Below are positions 63,969-64,000 of a DNA stretch of 64,000 bases, in pieces. The notes beneath the pieces were generated by a model. That model was given only the letters and a program-made list of their open reading frames with translations. It did not search any database and was not told where the DNA came from. The position numbers and the translations under genes were made by a program. The DNA comes from Azolla caroliniana (lineage: Eukaryota; Plantae; Polypodiophyta). The stretch is taken from contig JBHGNT010000005.1 in the NCBI GenBank assembly GCA_043228905.1, forward strand, positions 19,158,001-19,222,000, written 5' to 3'. How positions within the stretch are numbered: position 1 is the first letter of the stretch; each line of letters starts with the position of its first letter.

Positions 63969-64000
63969 TGTTAGCATTAGGTAATTAAGCAAGGGTTAAT
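63969..64000 (-). mobile_element. Terminal 32 bp of another LTR of the Copia A/B family
   Basis: TGTTAGCATTAGGTAATTAAGCAAGGGTTAAT matches 11923 onward and the reverse complement of ~17517-17552. Confidence 0.75.

Overview
This is eukaryotic, TE-rich land-plant DNA. A fern or other seed-free vascular plant is my inference from gene content and TE style, not something the sequence proves. Three host genes can be built by hand with GT-AG junctions and an open frame: (1) a ~2413-aa coiled-coil protein on + (961-8844) whose first coding exon is 6.9 kb; (2) a 10-exon TraB/TRABD-family tail-anchored protein on + (24750-47373) with TE-filled introns; (3) an 11-exon LONESOME HIGHWAY-like bHLH on - (54546-49017). 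The rest is nested Ty1/Copia elements, LINE fragments, hAT-type MITEs, solo-LTR-like pieces and satellites. The standout is at 15547-17089 (-), between two Copia elements: a decayed, spliced gene for a prokaryote-style beta-class amino (N6-adenine/N4-cytosine) DNA methyltransferase. It has DIPY, QKP, FxGxG and the C-terminal motifs in beta order, three short introns and an unrecognised N-terminal module. The ORF track shows it only as unconnected fragments.
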